Source: Phaeosaccion multiseriatum
Taxonomy: Eukaryota; Protista; Ochrophyta, other classes
Assembly (NCBI GenBank): GCA_965112735.1
Contig: OZ218958.1
Span: 2,108,001 to 2,172,000, forward strand
Length of the DNA: 64,000 nt
Direction of reading: 5' to 3'
The notes under the pieces are model-generated. The model was not told the DNA's origin. It made no database searches and saw only the letters and a list, made by a program, of their open reading frames with translations. The position numbers and the translations under genes are program-made. How positions within the stretch are numbered: position 1 is the first letter of the stretch; the number at the start of each line of letters is the position of its first letter. Of this stretch, positions 27,301-39,615 are shown in pieces.

Positions 27301-30300
27301 CACTGCATGGCCACAACAGTGCCCAGTGGGGACTCGAATGGGCTCAAAAGGCCCAATCTGGCCCCTGGTTGGGCCCGAGGCAAGCATTTGCGGGGCACAA
27401 ACAGGCCAAATGACGGGTTGGCGTGTCATACCATGCGCTCGCAGAGCATTGGATCAGCACGACTGGCCTATCTGACACACCGCATCGCCACAACAGCGCC
27501 CAGTGGGGACTCGAATGGGCTCAAAAGGCCCAATCTGGCCCCAGGTTGGGCCCGAAGCAAGCATTTGCGGGGCACAAACAGGCCAAATGACGGGTTGGCG
27601 TGTCATACCATGCGCGCGCAGAGCATTGGATCAGCACGACTGGCCTCACCGACACACTGCATCGCCACAACAGCGCCCAGTGGGGACTCGAATGGGCTCA
27701 AAAGGCCCAATCTGGCCCCTGATTAGGCCCAAAGCAAGCATTTGCGGGGCACAAACAGGCCAAATGACGGGTTGGCGTGTCATAACATGCGCCCGCAGAG
27801 CATTGGATCAGCACGACTGGCCTATCCGACACACTGCATCGCCATAACAGCGCCCAGTGGGGACTCGAATGGGCTCAAAAGGCCCAATCCGGCCCCAGGT
27901 TGGGCCCAAAGCAAGCATTTGCGGGGCACCGACAGGCCAAATGACGGGTTGGCGTGTCATACCATGCGCCCGCAGAGCATTGGATCAGCACGACTGGCCT
28001 CACCGACACACTGCATCGCCACAACAGCGCCCAGTGGGGACTCGAATGGGCTCAAAAGGCCCAATCCGGCCCCAGGTTGGGCCCAAAGCAAGCATTTGCG
28101 GGGCACCGACAGGCCAAATGACGGGTTGGCGTGTCATACCATGCGCGCCCAGAGCATTGGATCAGCACGACTGGCCTATCCGACACACTGCATCGCCACA
28201 ACAGCGCCCAGTGGGGACTCGAATGGGCTCAAAAGGCCCAATCTGGCCCCAGGTTGGGCCCAAAGCAAGCATTTGCGGGGCACAAACAGGCCAAATGACG
28301 GGTTGGCGTGTCATACCATGCGCGCGCAGAGCATTGGATCAGCACGACTGGCCTCACCGACACACTGCATCGCCACAACAGTGCCCAGTGGGGACTCGAA
28401 TGGGCTCAAGAGGCCCAATCTGGCTCCTGGTTGGGCCCAAAGCAAGCATTTGCGTGGCACAAACAGGCCAAATGACGGGTTGGCGTGTCATACCATGCGC
28501 GCGCAGAGCATTGGATCAGCACGACTGGCCTCACCGACACACTGCATCGCCACAACAGTGCCCAGTGGGGACTCGAATGGGCTCAAAAGGCCCAATCTGG
28601 CCCCTGGTTGGGCCCAAAGCAAGCATTTGCGGGGCACAAACAGGCCAAATGACGGGTTGGCGTGTCATACCATGCGCCCGCAGAGCATTGGATCAGCACG
28701 ACTGGCCTAACCGACACACTGCATCGCCACAACAGCGCCCAGTGGGGACTCGAATGGGCTCAAAAGGCCCAATCCGGCCCCAGGTTGGGCCCAAAGCAAG
28801 CATTTGCGTGGCACAAACAGGCCAAATGACGGGTTGGCGTGTCATACCATGCGCGCGCAGAGCATTGGATCAGCACGACTGGCCTATCCGACACACTGCA
28901 TGGCCACAACAGTGCCCAGTGGGGACTCGAATGGGCTCAAAAGGCCCAATCCGGCCCCAGGTTGGGCCCAAAGCAAGCATTTGCGGGGCACAAACAGGCC
29001 AAATGACGGGTTGGCGTGTCATACCATGCGCGCGCAGAGCATTGGATCAGCACGACTGGCCTCACCGACACACTGCATCGCCACAACAGCGCCCAGTGGG
29101 GACTCGAATGGGCTCAAAAGGCCCAATCTGGCCCCTGGTTGGGCCCAAAGCAAGCATTTGCGGGGCACAAACAGGCCAAATGACGGGTTGGCGTGTCATA
29201 CCATGCGCCCGCAGAGCATTGGATCAGCACGACTGGCCTAACCGACACACTGCATCGCCACAACAGCGCCCAGTGGGGACTCGAATGGGCTCAAAAGGCC
29301 CAATCCGGCCCCAGGTTGGGCCCAAAGCAAGCATTTGCGTGGCACAAACAGGCCAAATGACGGGTTGGCGTGTCATACCATGCGCGCGCAGAGCATTGGA
29401 TCAGCACGACTGGCCTATCCGACACACTGCATGGCCACAACAGTGCCCAGTGGGGACTCGAATGGGCTCAAAAGGCCCAATCTGGCCCCTGGTTGGGCCC
29501 AAAGCAAGCATTTGCGGGGCACAAACAGGCCAAATGACGGGTTGGCGTGTCATACCATGCGCCCGCAGAGCATTGGATCAGCACGACTGGCCTCACCGAC
29601 ACACTGCATCGCCACAACAGTGCCCAGTGGGGACTCGAATGGGCTCAAAAGGCCCAATTTGGCCCCTGGTTGGGCCCGAAGCAAGCATTTGCGGGGCACA
29701 AACAGGCCAAATGACGGGTTGGCGTGTCATACCATGCGCGCGCAGAGCATTGGATCAGCACGACTGGCCTCACCGACACACTGCATCGCCACAACAGCGC
29801 CCAGTGGGGACTCGAATGGGCTCAAAAGGCCCAATCCGGCCCCAGGTTGGGCCCAAAGCAAGCATTTGCGTGGCACAAACAGGCCAAATGACGGGTTGGC
29901 GTGTCATACCATGCGCTCGCAGAGCATTGGATCAGCACGACTGGCCTATCTGACACACCGCATCGCCACAACAGCGCCCAGTGGGGACTCGAATGGGCTC
30001 AAAAGGCCCAATCTGGCCCCAGGTTGGGCCCGAAGCAAGCATTTGCGGGGCACAAACAGGCCAAATGACGGGTTGGCGTGTCATACCATGCGCGCGCAGA
30101 GCATTGGATCAGCACGACTGGCCTCACCGACACACTGCATCGCCACAACAGCGCCCAGTGGGGACTCGAATGGGCTCAAAAGGCCCAATCTGGCCCCTGA
30201 TTAGGCCCAAAGCAAGCATTTGCGGGGCACAAACAGGCCAAATGACGGGTTGGCGTGTCATACCATGCGCGCGCAGAGCATTGGATCAGCACGACTGGCC

Positions 30301-31938
30301 TCACCGACACACTGCATCGCCACAACAGCGCCCAGTGGGGACTCGAATGGGCTCAAAAGGCCCAATCCGGCCCCAGGTTGGGCCCAAAGCAAGCATTTGC
30401 GTGGCACAAACAGGCCAAATGACGGGTTGGCGTGTCATACCATGCGCGCGCAGAGCATTGGATCAGCACGACTGGCCTATCCGACACACTGCATCGCCAC
30501 AACAGCGCCCAGTGGGGACTCGAATGGGCTCAAAAGGCCCAATCCGGCCCCAGGTTGGGCCCAAAGCAAGCATTTGCGTGGCACAAACAGGCCAAATGAC
30601 GGGTTGGCGTGTCATACCATGCGCGCGCAGAGCATTGGATCAGCACGACTGGCCTAACCGACACACTGCATCGCCACAACAGTGCCCAGTGGGGACTCGA
30701 ATGGGCTCAAAAGGCCCAATCTGGCCCCTGGTTGGGCCCAAAGCAAGCATTTGCGAGCACAACCAGGCCGAATGACGGGTTGGCGTGTCATACCATAGCC
30801 GCACAGAGCATTGGATCAGCACGACTGGCCTATCCGACGCACTGCATGGCCACAACAGCGCCCAGTGGGGACTCGAATGGGCTCAAAAGGCCCAATCCGG
30901 CCCCAGGTTGGGCCCAAAGCAAGCATTTGCGGGGCACAAACAGGCCAAATGACGGGTTGGCGTGTCATACCATGCGCGCGCAGAGCATTGGATCAGCACG
31001 ACTGGCCTCACCGACACACTGCATCGCCACAACAGCGCTCAGTGGGGCGTTCAATGGGCTCAAAAGGCCCAATCCGGCCCCTGGTTGGGCCCAAAGCAAG
31101 CATTTGCGGGGCACAAACAGGCCAAATGACGGGTTGGCGTGTCATACCATAGCCGCACAGAGCATTGGATCAGCACGACTGGCCTATCTGACACACTGCA
31201 TCGCCACAACAGCGCCCAGTGGGGACTCGAATGGGCTCAAAAGGCCCAATCTGGCCCCAGGTTGGGCCCAAAGCAAGCATTTGCGGGGCACAAACAGGCC
31301 AAATGACGGGTTGGCGTGTCATACCATGCGCGCGCAGAGCATTGGATCAGCACGACTGGCCTCACCGACACACTGCATCGCCACAACAGTGCCCAGTGGG
31401 GACTCGAATGGGCTCAAAAGGCCCAATCTGGCTCCTGGTTGGGCCCAAAGCAAGCATTTGCGGGGCACAAACAGGCCAAATGACGGGTTGGCGTGTCATA
31501 CCATGCGCGCGCAGAGCATTGGATCAGCACGACTGGCCTAACCGACACACTGCATCGCCACAACAGTGCCCAGTGGGGACTCGAATGGGCTCAAAAGGCC
31601 CAATCCGGCCCCAGGTTGGGCCCAAAGCAAGCATTTGCGGGGCACAAACAGGCCAAATGACGGGTTGGCGTGTCATACCATGCCCGCGCAGAGCATTGGA
31701 TCAGCACGACTGGCCTATCCGACACACTGCATCGCCATAACAGCGCCCAGTGGGGACTCGAATGGGCTCAAAAGGCCCAATCTGGCTCCTGGTTGGGCCC
31801 AAAGCAAGCATTTGCGGGGCACAAACAGGCCAAATGACGGGTTGGCGTGTCATACCATGCGCGCGCAGAGCATTGGATCAGCACGACTGGCCTTACCGAC
31901 ACACTGCATCGCCACAACAGCGCCCAGTGGGGACTCGA
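9348..31938. repeat. 177-bp tandem satellite array, right segment (~127 monomers) with 12-mer, 10-mer and 4-mer higher-order duplications
   Basis: Same monomer. Identical variant strings recur at offsets of 2124, 1770, 708 and 5132 bp. Ends mid-monomer at GGGGACTCGA|TGTGCAC. Confidence 0.98.
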
Positions 31939-32206
31939 TGTGCACTGTCTCCGTTGCTTTAGTAGGCGGCAACACACTCCAAGGCCTCTCCTCTTCTAAA
32001 TTGGTACAAAAGTACTTTGCAACAAGTCTTCCGGGGGAGAGGCCGCTCCCGTCGGGGCTGGACCCCCCAAGGAGGGGGCACTGCCCCTCGGGCCCTCACT
32101 CTCCCGCCCACTCCCTCATCTCTGCTCCGCGAGAAACAAAGTTCCGTTGCTGCGCTGCTGAACAGGCTACCACGTCGACTTGGCCTATAGTTCCTACCTC
32201 ACTCCT

Positions 32207-34557
32207 CTATCGATGAAACTTCCTCGCCACCCTGTGCTTCTTCTTAAAGTCATGCGTCAGTCCGAGACGAAGCTCTCGCCAGGCCTCCTTAAGAGAATGA
32301 ACATCAGCCGAACGGCTGAAGATGGTGCCCTGAGTGAAGAGAATAACAGCGAGGGGAGTTGGGAACAACAGAGTGTGTGAAAGTGCCTGTAGGAACCCCA
32401 GAAACCAATCCTCGCAAGTTCTCACCATACTTTCGGAATCTCCAACATGGGACCATATGCCAGTGCTCTTTCCTTCTGTGAGCACTACAGGTGAATCGAG
32501 TAGCTTTTGGCGCTTGGAGTCACCGCTTGTGCCATCATCTTCCGTTTCCCCAGAACCCCCGAAGTGCTCGTCCATGTCTTTGAAAGAGAAATGGGTGTTC
32601 TCCCTCCTGCTCGCGGACGTCGCAGCGTTCTGCTCGGACTCGGCGAAGAGCGTGTCTGCGGGGGGCAGGGCAAGAGCTTCGGTCGCACCCGCCCGGACGC
32701 CGCCAAACAGAGAAGAAAGCGAGAACCCTGCTGCTTCATTTGTCTTCCCTTGGCCGCTCCTCTCTGGAACAGGCTTCTTCGTCACCCTGCACATCACAAG
32801 AGAGCATGTTAAGACCTGGCAGACGTTCTTGGTTGTCAGGGTGCCCATTCCATCAAGCACACTATGACGCCCCACCTGAAGATATCGTGAAGGGCTCCAA
32901 ACTCTGCTCGGTACGTTCCAAGGCTTTCCAGTGGAGAAGACGTGCCGTTCGCACTTGCAGCACTCCCCTTACTATTATCCACAACACGCGCAATGCGAGC
33001 AGGGAGTTGATCCTTCTCTGGCGAGTTTCTCATCACCTCCATTTCCTGGGTACAAGCTGACGGGTCAAACCGTGCGGCGGGGGAAGCGACAGTGTCCACT
33101 TTCCTTGCAGAAGCTGCTGCTGTATTCCCGAACATGGAGCTCAAGATGCCTGTGGGTAGGGTAGGAAAGAGAGATGCTATCATCGCTGCAGGAGTATGTG
33201 TGAGTGCTGAACGTACTGACGTACCTAGACTTGTCTTCACCTCGTCCTGCACTTGGGACTCATGCAGATTGTCTGTGTCCTCTCCTCCTCCAGTCTCCTG
33301 TAACATACACGCACATACACACACAACACACAAGTGGGTCCCCGCAAAGAGGGGGGAGTTGGAGGTAGTAAGGAATGAATGACGCTCGTGGGGCTGTAGG
33401 TATAGATAGATATATGAAGTATGATAGCACCGAGGAGGGAGGCTACTTACGTCGTCTCCCATGTCCACATCCGACGCTTCTTCAGCGAATCTCTCGTCCA
33501 TTCGGAATCGTCTGTCTCCTCCAAAGCGGCGCTCTAAACGCATGAGATCTCCCCCTTTCGTCCCTTCAAACTGGGGCCTGCTTTCGAACTCGTCCCCCTC
33601 CTCACTTGCGTTACTGCCCACCCCCTCCCCGCTGCCCAGCTCGGCCTCATCGTCATCGTCGTCATCAAACAAGGACTTCTTCTTGCCAGCGTCAGCATCA
33701 GCCCCCTGCTGGCGAACATCACGGGGGCTCTGGCTCCGAGTCAAGTCCTCCTCGTCACTCTCGTCCTCTGAGTCACTGCCGCCGCTTGTGGGTCGTCCCC
33801 AGTCAAAGGCCAAGTCCACCTCGGCATCTTCTTCTTCGGGGGCCGGGCCCGATTCGGCAGCCATAGCCTTAAGAGCGCACAACGTACGCTGCTCTTCTTC
33901 CGAAAGCCACAGCTCCTGAATGCTCTTTCGTGGAGGACTGTGCAGGCTTGGCGGGAATAGCTTTTTTTGTCTCCCACGCCGTACGCCCTTTTTGCTTGCC
34001 CACATGTCGTCCTTTGAAAGCTCACCCCTGCTCGTGCTCTTCGGGGCTTCCCGGTCACTCTTTACAGGACTCTCATTCTCAACCTCTGGAACAGGGTCTA
34101 CGAACATTGGAGGCATACCCGGCCTCTTCCTGATCCGCATCGCCCTCGCTCTCCTCGACATCTCGTGCAGTGCTTGGGATGGTCCTGGAGTCTCCCCGTT
34201 TCCCTTACTCGCGCTGCCGCCAGCCCCCTCCACGCCTCGCAAGCGTCGCTGCTCGCTCTCCTGCTCGGCCTTCAGCTTCTCCAAGTATCCCCCATTCGCC
34301 AGCTCCACTTTCAGCTTGCAGCCTTTCCATCGCGTCCCGTGGTAGCTCCGAATGCACCGCGTGGCGGCATCCCCAGCCCCCTCCCCTGCAATGTTCAGGT
34401 ACCCGAAGCCTCGAAATGCTCCCGTGTCAGCGTCCTTCATGAGCTCCGTGCCTTCCACCCTGCTCTCCGTGACTGGCGCAATCGCCCTCACAAAAATCGC
34501 CGCCAGCTCATCTGCTCTCACATCCCTTGGTAGCCCGCCCACGTACACACGGGCCAT
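32207..34557 (-). CDS. NOL8: Nucleolar protein 8-like RRM protein (multi-exon)
   Basis: N-terminal RRM (ARVYVGGLP...FRGFGYL...YHGTRWKGCKLKVELA), acidic middle, LMRLERRFGGDRRFRMDERF motif, and C-terminal W..LR..LTHDFKKKHRVARK, as in the NOL8 family. Confidence 0.75.
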
Positions 34558-34671
34558 AGCAACAAACAATTGTCAGCTCGCTCGTGTATCGGCCGCTTGG
34601 ATCGATTCACAGATGGCCCAAAATCTCTTCTCAACACCCCTCCTGTTCCCGCTCTTCCGACCCGCAGGGTC
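34558..34671. promoter_or_regulatory. Probable bidirectional promoter between NOL8-like and TNPO1 (114 bp between ATGs)
   Basis: Inferred from the head-to-head arrangement only; similar short gaps at 40759-40947, 44459-44596 and 56884-57158. Confidence 0.5.
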
Positions 34672-37600
34672 ATGTCTGAGGCGCAATGGCGCCCAGAAGA
34701 TGCGCAAGTGCTTCAGATTGTGCATCTCCTGGAGGTGAGGCTTGCCCCTTGAGGGTAAGGCTTGTATCGTGGGCGGCATTCATTCAATGCCTTACCAACT
34801 TGTTCCCTTCCCTCCCACCCGTACTCTGCTCTGCTGAAAGGTTTTGTATAATCCGGCAGCGGCGTCGCAGCACCGGCAAGCCCAGGCGGCCTTGGATGCC
34901 TTCATGAGTAATCCAGAGTTTGGCCCGAGCCTGGCGTACATGTTTGCACAACCCCTGCAAGCAGTTCCTCCCTCCCTGCGGCAGCTCGCAGGACTCGTAT
35001 TAAAAAATGTCGTCAAGTCGAGATATACTGCTATGCCGCCTGGGGCGCAGCAAGCGATTCAGGCAAGGGGGTTTGCTTTGTTGGCGTGTGTGCTGGATTG
35101 TGTAGGTTAAGCGACGTCATGGCTCCATTTCACAGGCGAGGTCTCTGCAGGCCGCACGGGACCCTGAGCGCCCAATACGGATGACTGCGGGTAGCGTCAT
35201 CAGGTACGCGTATAAGAGAAGACGAGCGAAGTAAAGAGTGGGAGAGGTCTTCGATTTAAAACGCTTTCCGCTTCTCCACTCTCATGCGCAGCACGGTACT
35301 GTCGCAATCCGATGTTCGAGCTTGGCCAGGCCTCCTTCCTGCCTTGGTGGATAGACTGGATAGCGAAGACGAAGCGCAGGTTCGAGCTCTGCGCCTTTGG
35401 GAGTTGGGCTGCGCGGATGCGGGTGAATCTTACCTGCCTGCTGTGCCGTGATGATGTCCCGGATAGGTGGAGGGGTCTCTAGACACGCTGCTGAAGGTGT
35501 GCGAGGAGGGCGGAGCGGCGCCGCTGGACAGCGAAGAAATGGGCCGCCCCTTGAACGTGCTGGTTCCAAAGGCAAGCATTTGATCAGCAATCAGACACAG
35601 TTGTTGGAATATTCTCTAGCTGACGAAGAGTGCTCCTCGCTGCAGATGCTTGCCCTCTTCTCGCACTCGAGTGAGGTGGTGCGAAAGTATGCCTTGGGGT
35701 GCATCAACAATCTCCTGGGATTGATGCCTCAGGTAAGGAAACATGCATGCCACGCGCTCGGGGTTGTTGGTCACCGCTACGTTTCATGCGTGTCTGTCCC
35801 GCGTGCTGCAGGCTCTCGTTGTGCACATGGCAGAGTTTCTACAGGGCCTGTCTGCTTTGGCCTCTGATCAGTCGGCAGGGATACGGCAGCTCGTGTGTAA
35901 GGTAAATGGATGGCTCTTCCAACAACACGGGTGCTACGCTTCGGTGCTCACCTCGCGGCTTCTGTGTCATTACCCAACCCCATAGGCGATAGTGACCCTC
36001 GCACAAGTCGACCCCAAGCTGCTGATGCCCAACATGGAGGGCTTTTGCCGCTTCATGCTCACGGCCATGACTGACCCTGAGCACAGCGTTGCGATTGAAG
36101 CTGGCGAGTTTTGGCAGGCGTATTGTGACATTGCAGGAGACTTCTCCTACGGAGATGAGACGAGGTAAAGTGTGTATGTAGTGCGAAGGGGCGTAATGGA
36201 GGCGAATGACCTAAGCGTGTGCTTTGCATGTCTTGCTACAAGGTGGGAGGAGATGGCTGGAGTGCTACCGCAGCTGGTGCCTGTTCTGCTGGACGGTATG
36301 GTGTACTCGGCAGACGATGTTGCAGAATTTGCGACCAGCGATGTTATGAATGCCGCCGGAGTACCAGATAGACCTGAGGTAATGAATGGCGAGGCTCGTC
36401 CTGCCGCCCCTGTGGGGTATGGTATGGTATGGTATGGTAGCCACGCCCCTCTAACGCACCCGTGCTTGCACAGGACCTTCGACCGGCGTTTCATCGAGGG
36501 AAGGGGCAGGGGGCGGGCGGTGAGGACGAAGTGGACGAGTGGAACCTGAGAAAGTGCTCCGCCAGCGCGCTTGACAGGTACGGGTAAAGTGAACTGAGTG
36601 TCAGGGGACTCGGACCCTGCCTCGCACCGAGTTTCACCGATTCTGTCCTCTCTGTGTTGTCTGTGATGCCCTCGTGCGGGTGGTTTCTCTTCCGCTCTCC
36701 AGTATCGCGGAGACGTTTGGACAAGAAAAAGTGCTGCCTGTGCTTCTCCCCTGCTTAGAGGTGCGTGAAACGGGCGAAGGCTGAGGAACACCACCACTTG
36801 TGTGCCCCAGGCGTGTCAGTCCTGCGGTATGCTCTACCCCTTCCTCGATCTGACGTTATGGGCTCGTTGTTTCCGCCGTGTTCTTCTTCCTCTCGACCTT
36901 TCAGGAAAGGCTTGGTTCGCAGAACGTTTGGGTGCGGGAAAGCGCGCTGCTGGCGCTGGGAGCAGTAGCGCCAGGTTGTATGGACGGGTAAGATATTGCG
37001 CTGAATGGCGCGGGGGGGAGGGCATTGGGGCGTTTGCTTGCTGCATTTAGTGATGTCGAGTCTCTTTCTCAACCCATGGTGGTCGCCCGCCTCTCTAACT
37101 CTTGCAGGCTCGTGAATGATCTTCCAAAGCTCCTGCACTTCCTTGTGACCCAAGTGGAGGACGGCACCCCCCAGATCCGCAGCATCGCGTGCTGGACCCT
37201 GTCGAGATACTCCAGCTGGATCTTCCTCGAGGTGAGGCCCCTACGGAGCACCCCGCTTCGCTGCTTTCGCCCCTTACCCTTGCCTCCCTTACCTCCCTAC
37301 TGCCCCCTCTCTTCCACCAGGATGCCGGGAGCGCTTTCAGAGAAGGAGTGCTGCACGCCCTCACTCGGAATTGCCTGGACGAGGACAAGAGGGTCCAAGA
37401 GGCTGGTAAGTACACGACGGTTCGGCCACCGTTTGTTTCCAGACTTGGGGGGAGGAGAGACCAGCGGGGGTGCCAAGACTACCATCAAGAGAGAGAGTCA
37501 TTGAAGAACCTTGGGGCCGTAAGCAGGGCATTTCTTCTCCTCTTCCCTCCCTGTCCAGGCTGACGCGGGCTTGGTAGCACTTGGATCTCTGTGTTGGTTG

Positions 37601-39599
37601 CCGACCTGACGTGACCTCTGTTCTTGTGTGTCCTCCTCGTCTCCTCCTCGTTGGAACAGCTTGCTCAGCTTTCGCAACTGTCGCTGACGTCGCTGGCGGA
37701 GACTTGGAGCCCGCTCTGCCGCACATTTTGGAGGTGAGCGCGGTCGTTGCAGTGTGCCCGGGCCTCTCTTTGTCTCTCTTACGCCCCTCTCTCCCCCCCC
37801 CCCCTCCACACCCCGCCTCCGAAGCGGCTCGTGGCGGCAATGCGGAAGTACCAGAAGCGAAATCTCATCTACCTCTACGATACCATCGGGACCTTGGCCG
37901 ACTCAGTGGGCCCTGGCCTGGCCACCCCTCAGGTGAGGCACTCATTCTAAAGAGGAGGAGGATGTTATCGTTTCTAAGTCAACCACTTTCCCTTCGCCCC
38001 CAAGTTCAATGGAACTCTCGTGCCGCTGCTGATGGAGAAGTGGTCAGACCTGGCCGATGACGACTCGCAGGCGTTCCCTCTGTTAGAGTGCCTCACGTCG
38101 GTTGCGCAAGCCATGGGGGCGAGCTTTCAGGTAAGCCAAAGCTGATATCGATGTGTGTGTCTAAATGTGCCCTCTAAGTGCTTCTGTCTGACATCCATCT
38201 CGGGGCAGAACCATGCTGTAGCAACGTATGAGCGGTGTTGTCGCATCATAGAGCAAGCAATTATGCATCTTGCTGCTGTGGAGTCGAAGGAGCCGAATGG
38301 GCACGGCTCTGTCCCCGAGAAGGAGTTCATAGTTTGCTCTCTTGACCTGCTTAGTGGCATGACCGAGGTGAGAGAGAGAGGCAAGGAAAGGGGCCGCAGC
38401 CGCTTTGATTGTACATCAAAATGCTGAGCTGAACTCGTCCCTTTCGATCACGCTTTCCTTGCTGGCAGGGCCTTGGAGCAGGCATGGAAATGCTCGTAGC
38501 GTCCAACAATCTGCTGGCCATACTGTGGGAGTGTATGAAAGACAGCGACGCGTCCGTGAAGCAGAGCGCCTTCGCCCTTCTTGGAGAGTTGGCGAAGGCG
38601 TGCATGCCTCGCGTCATGCCTGCCTTACCGCAGTACATTCATGAATGTAGTGTCAATCTCAGGTCGAGTCAGACGTCCACAGATCAACACGTGTGCACCA
38701 ACGTGGCCTGGGCCATTGGGGAAATTGCCTCCCATGTAGACAAAGCCACTGTGGACAGCTTCGTCCAACCAATAGTTGCAGGCCTTGTGGTACGTACGTC
38801 CAGTTGTGAACAGTCAGTCGTCCTTTTCCCCACTCACTTTACCTTGTCCACTGCGAACACAAACACCCATCCACGCACAAACAGGATGTATTTTTAATAG
38901 AGGACATCAGCGTGGTTCCAGAAACGCTGCTGTCCACCATCGCAGTAACGCTAGGCAGGCTGGGGCGGGTGTCGTCGGCGCTCATGGCTCCCTCCATGGA
39001 ACGGTACATCGGAAAGGTGAGGCGGTGACGCTGGAGTGGGCCGTCCGAGCCTCTCCTCACAATGGTCGCTCTCATGCCGCCTCTTGCTTACCCTGCCTGC
39101 CCCCTTTCCCGCGCGGCAGTGGTGTCACTGCGTAGGCTTCCTCGTGGAGGCAGAGGAGAAGGAGTGCTCCTGCCTCGCTCTCTGCCAGATGATAAGGTGG
39201 GTGCTGTGGTCTCCTGCACTCTGTCTCAGAGCTCTCGCAGTAACTCCGTCCATGCTCTGTGTGTCGCGTCAACTGTCCGTAGGGAAAATCCGCATGCAGT
39301 CGTGAACGACATTGGCCATTTCTGTATGGCTGTCGCCTCCTGGCACGACGCCAATTTTTCCCCCGAGCTCGCAGAGAACTTCAGGTATGGACACATTGGT
39401 GGGCGGGCCAATTCTGTGCGAGATAGGTCGTTGCGGGAGCTCGGCCCAACACCTCACCGGTATCAATCTGCCACCCCTCTCTCCCTCTTTGCATCCCACC
39501 TCCAGGGATGTGCTGGGCCAGTTCAAGGACCCCATCAAGGTGCACTGGCAAAAGTTCCCACCTCCAGTGAGGGACTTTTTGCTCCAATTCTTGCAATGA
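34672..39599 (+). CDS. TNPO1: Transportin-1 / importin beta-2 (many short introns)
   Basis: Exons encode MSEAQWRPED, EWNLRKCSASALD, IRSIACWTLSRYSSW, DKRVQEA/ACSAFAT, KYQKRNLIYLYDTIGTLADSVG and KEFIVCSLDLLSGMTEGL, all characteristic of transportin. Confidence 0.9.
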
Positions 39600-39615
39600 T
39601 AAGAAATAGAGGGCC

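Noticed and set aside
1-31938. Dozens of long + strand ORFs (up to 873 aa) made of 59-aa repeats
   Set aside because: 177 is divisible by 3, so stop-free frames of the monomer propagate. Two overlapping frames are open, stops and frameshifts are scattered by monomer variants, and no domain is recognisable.
1-31938. CRISPR-like array, or tRNA/5S-derived repeat (ATTCGAGTCC on the minus strand resembles a B-box)
   Set aside because: No unique spacers and no cas genes; the B-box-like word has no T-stem pairing or cloverleaf context.
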